Assembly: GCA_037076615.1 (NCBI GenBank)
Contig: AP029158.1
Location: forward strand, 133,470 to 197,469
Direction of reading: 5' to 3'
DNA from: Candidatus Parcubacteria bacterium
Lineage (GTDB): Bacteria > Patescibacteriota > Patescibacteriia > Patescibacteriales > UBA12465
DNA: 64,000 bases
Part shown: positions 62,912 to 64,000 of the stretch, piece after piece
Layout of the letters: each line of letters starts with the position of its first letter
How positions within the stretch are numbered: position 1 is the first letter of the stretch
The notes under the pieces: generated by a model
Told to the model about the DNA's origin: nothing
The model's input: only the letters and a program-made list of their open reading frames with translations
The model's database searches: none
Position numbers and translations under genes: made by a program

Positions 62912-64000
62912 GTGTTTCAAAGAAGTGACTTAGCGATAATAAAAAAAGCACGATTATCTTTAAGAATCGGGCTTCTTGCTGGTTTAATCGCCGGGTCTTT
63001 TTTATTTGCTGGGAATGCTTTTGCTATAGTTGATCCATTGGTTTATCAAAAACCAGCTAATGGCACCTTAACGGCATTAGAGTGGAATAATTTATTGCTT
63101 GATTTTGTCGCTGTCCGTGATGGCGGCCGGGTTGGGATTGGAACCGAGACGCCAGGAGCAAAACTAGAAATTTATGACAGCTCTTTTCCGAGAATCAATT
63201 TTAATAGAGGGGGAACTGTAAGAGGGCAGATTGATATTGGCACTGGCTTCGGCGGGGCGCCGGTTCAAGATTTTGTTATCAGTAGTCCCTCAAATAATTT
63301 ACAATTTTTGACGGGAAATATAATTAGGCTAACGATTCTAAATAATGGCAATGTTGGTATTGGCTCCACAACTCCTGCTCAAAAATTAACTGTTTCTGGC
63401 ACTGGTAGTTTTTCTCAACCAGTTATTGTTGGCGTTCCTCTTAATGACGATCATGCCGCCACTAAAAATTATGTGGATTCAACTGCAACGGCTGCCGCCG
63501 GTGGTGGCGTGGGGGCAGGTACTTCTGGGCAAACCTTACGGCACAATGGCACCTCTTGGGTTGCTAATTCTAATTTATATAATAATGGTACGAATGTTGG
63601 GATTGGGACAACTAATCCGTCAGAGAAACTTTATGTTTCAGGAATTATTAAGGCGACGGAAGGTTTAGGTGTGGCGAATCAATTTCTTTCAGGTGGTGTA
63701 TATTCTTATTCAAATGGAATTTTAGTAAATACTGATATTGCAGTTTCTGGTAATTCAATGATAGAGCTTTATATTGAGGGAAACTCTTACTCTGGCTGGG
63801 GCGCTATCGGGGGAAAATTGGGCACGCATAGCGGTTCAAACAAAATAACTAGTATTCAAAATTTGGCCATGCCCACGGAAGGCGTGACAAATGAGGTTGT
63901 TTTAACGCCTAAAACGGTTATTAATAATTCCGTCGGTATCGGCACCGCTGCCCCCGCCTACACTTTAGATATCTCTGGCACTAGTCGTTTTACTCAACCA
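62912..64000 (+). CDS. Secreted tail-fibre-like repeat protein, 3' end beyond the window (absent from the ORF track)
   Basis: Frame open from the GTG at 62912 to the window end (363 codons). Signal peptide LLAGLIAGSFLFAGNAFA. Four repeats of the N-V-G-I-G-T-x-x-P-x-x-K-L-x-V-S-G type, and DDHAATKNYVD. Confidence 0.6.
   Translation, partial: MFQRSDLAIIKKARLSLRIGLLAGLIAGSFLFAGNAFAIVDPLVYQKPANGTLTALEWNNLLLDFVAVRDGGRVGIGTETPGAKLEIYDSSFPRINFNRGGTVRGQIDIGTGFGGAPVQDFVISSPSNNLQFLTGNIIRLTILNNGNVGIGSTTPAQKLTVSGTGSFSQPVIVGVPLNDDHAATKNYVDSTATAAAGGGVGAGTSGQTLRHNGTSWVANSNLYNNGTNVGIGTTNPSEKLYVSGIIKATEGLGVANQFLSGGVYSYSNGILVNTDIAVSGNSMIELYIEGNSYSGWGAIGGKLGTHSGSNKITSIQNLAMPTEGVTNEVVLTPKTVINNSVGIGTAAPAYTLDISGTSRFTQP

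Overview
The window reads as a moderate-GC chromosome. Spot counts on single 60-nt lines give about 45-48% G+C. Housekeeping genes include radA, recG, tyrS, asnS, thrS with a T-box leader, lexA, ung, engB and ybeY. There are also a Zn/Mn-type ABC importer, a copper P-type ATPase, and a type IV pilus locus with several prepilin-like genes. The gene content and the near-total lack of Shine-Dalgarno sequences suggest a Patescibacteria/CPR-like organism; this is inference only. The main accessory feature is an AT-rich island of about 17.5 kb (~6683-24132, spot counts about 25-42% G+C). It sits 30 nt downstream of tRNA-Ser(GCU) and is bracketed by imperfect direct copies of a tRNA-Ser trailer sequence. 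A third, unoccupied copy of that trailer follows tRNA-Ser(UGA) at 34.75 kb. From left to right the island carries a large serine recombinase, then one tightly packed same-strand gene string with 3-8 nt junctions or a 4-nt overlap. That string holds a type I R-M system (hsdM with an N-terminal excisionase-type HTH, hsdS, an embedded unknown gene, hsdR), then a patatin phospholipase plus a CD-NTase/SMODS nucleotidyltransferase (a minimal CBASS-like pair), then two small genes. Further right are a riboswitch-like structured leader, a ParB-DNA methyltransferase fusion, a HEPN-like gene, and a promoter / ~190-nt non-coding RNA / terminator unit placed directly in front of an unknown gene, a RelA/SpoT-type HD hydrolase and a membrane protein. 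All family calls come from motifs read by eye. No database search, HMM, RNA folding or statistics program was run.
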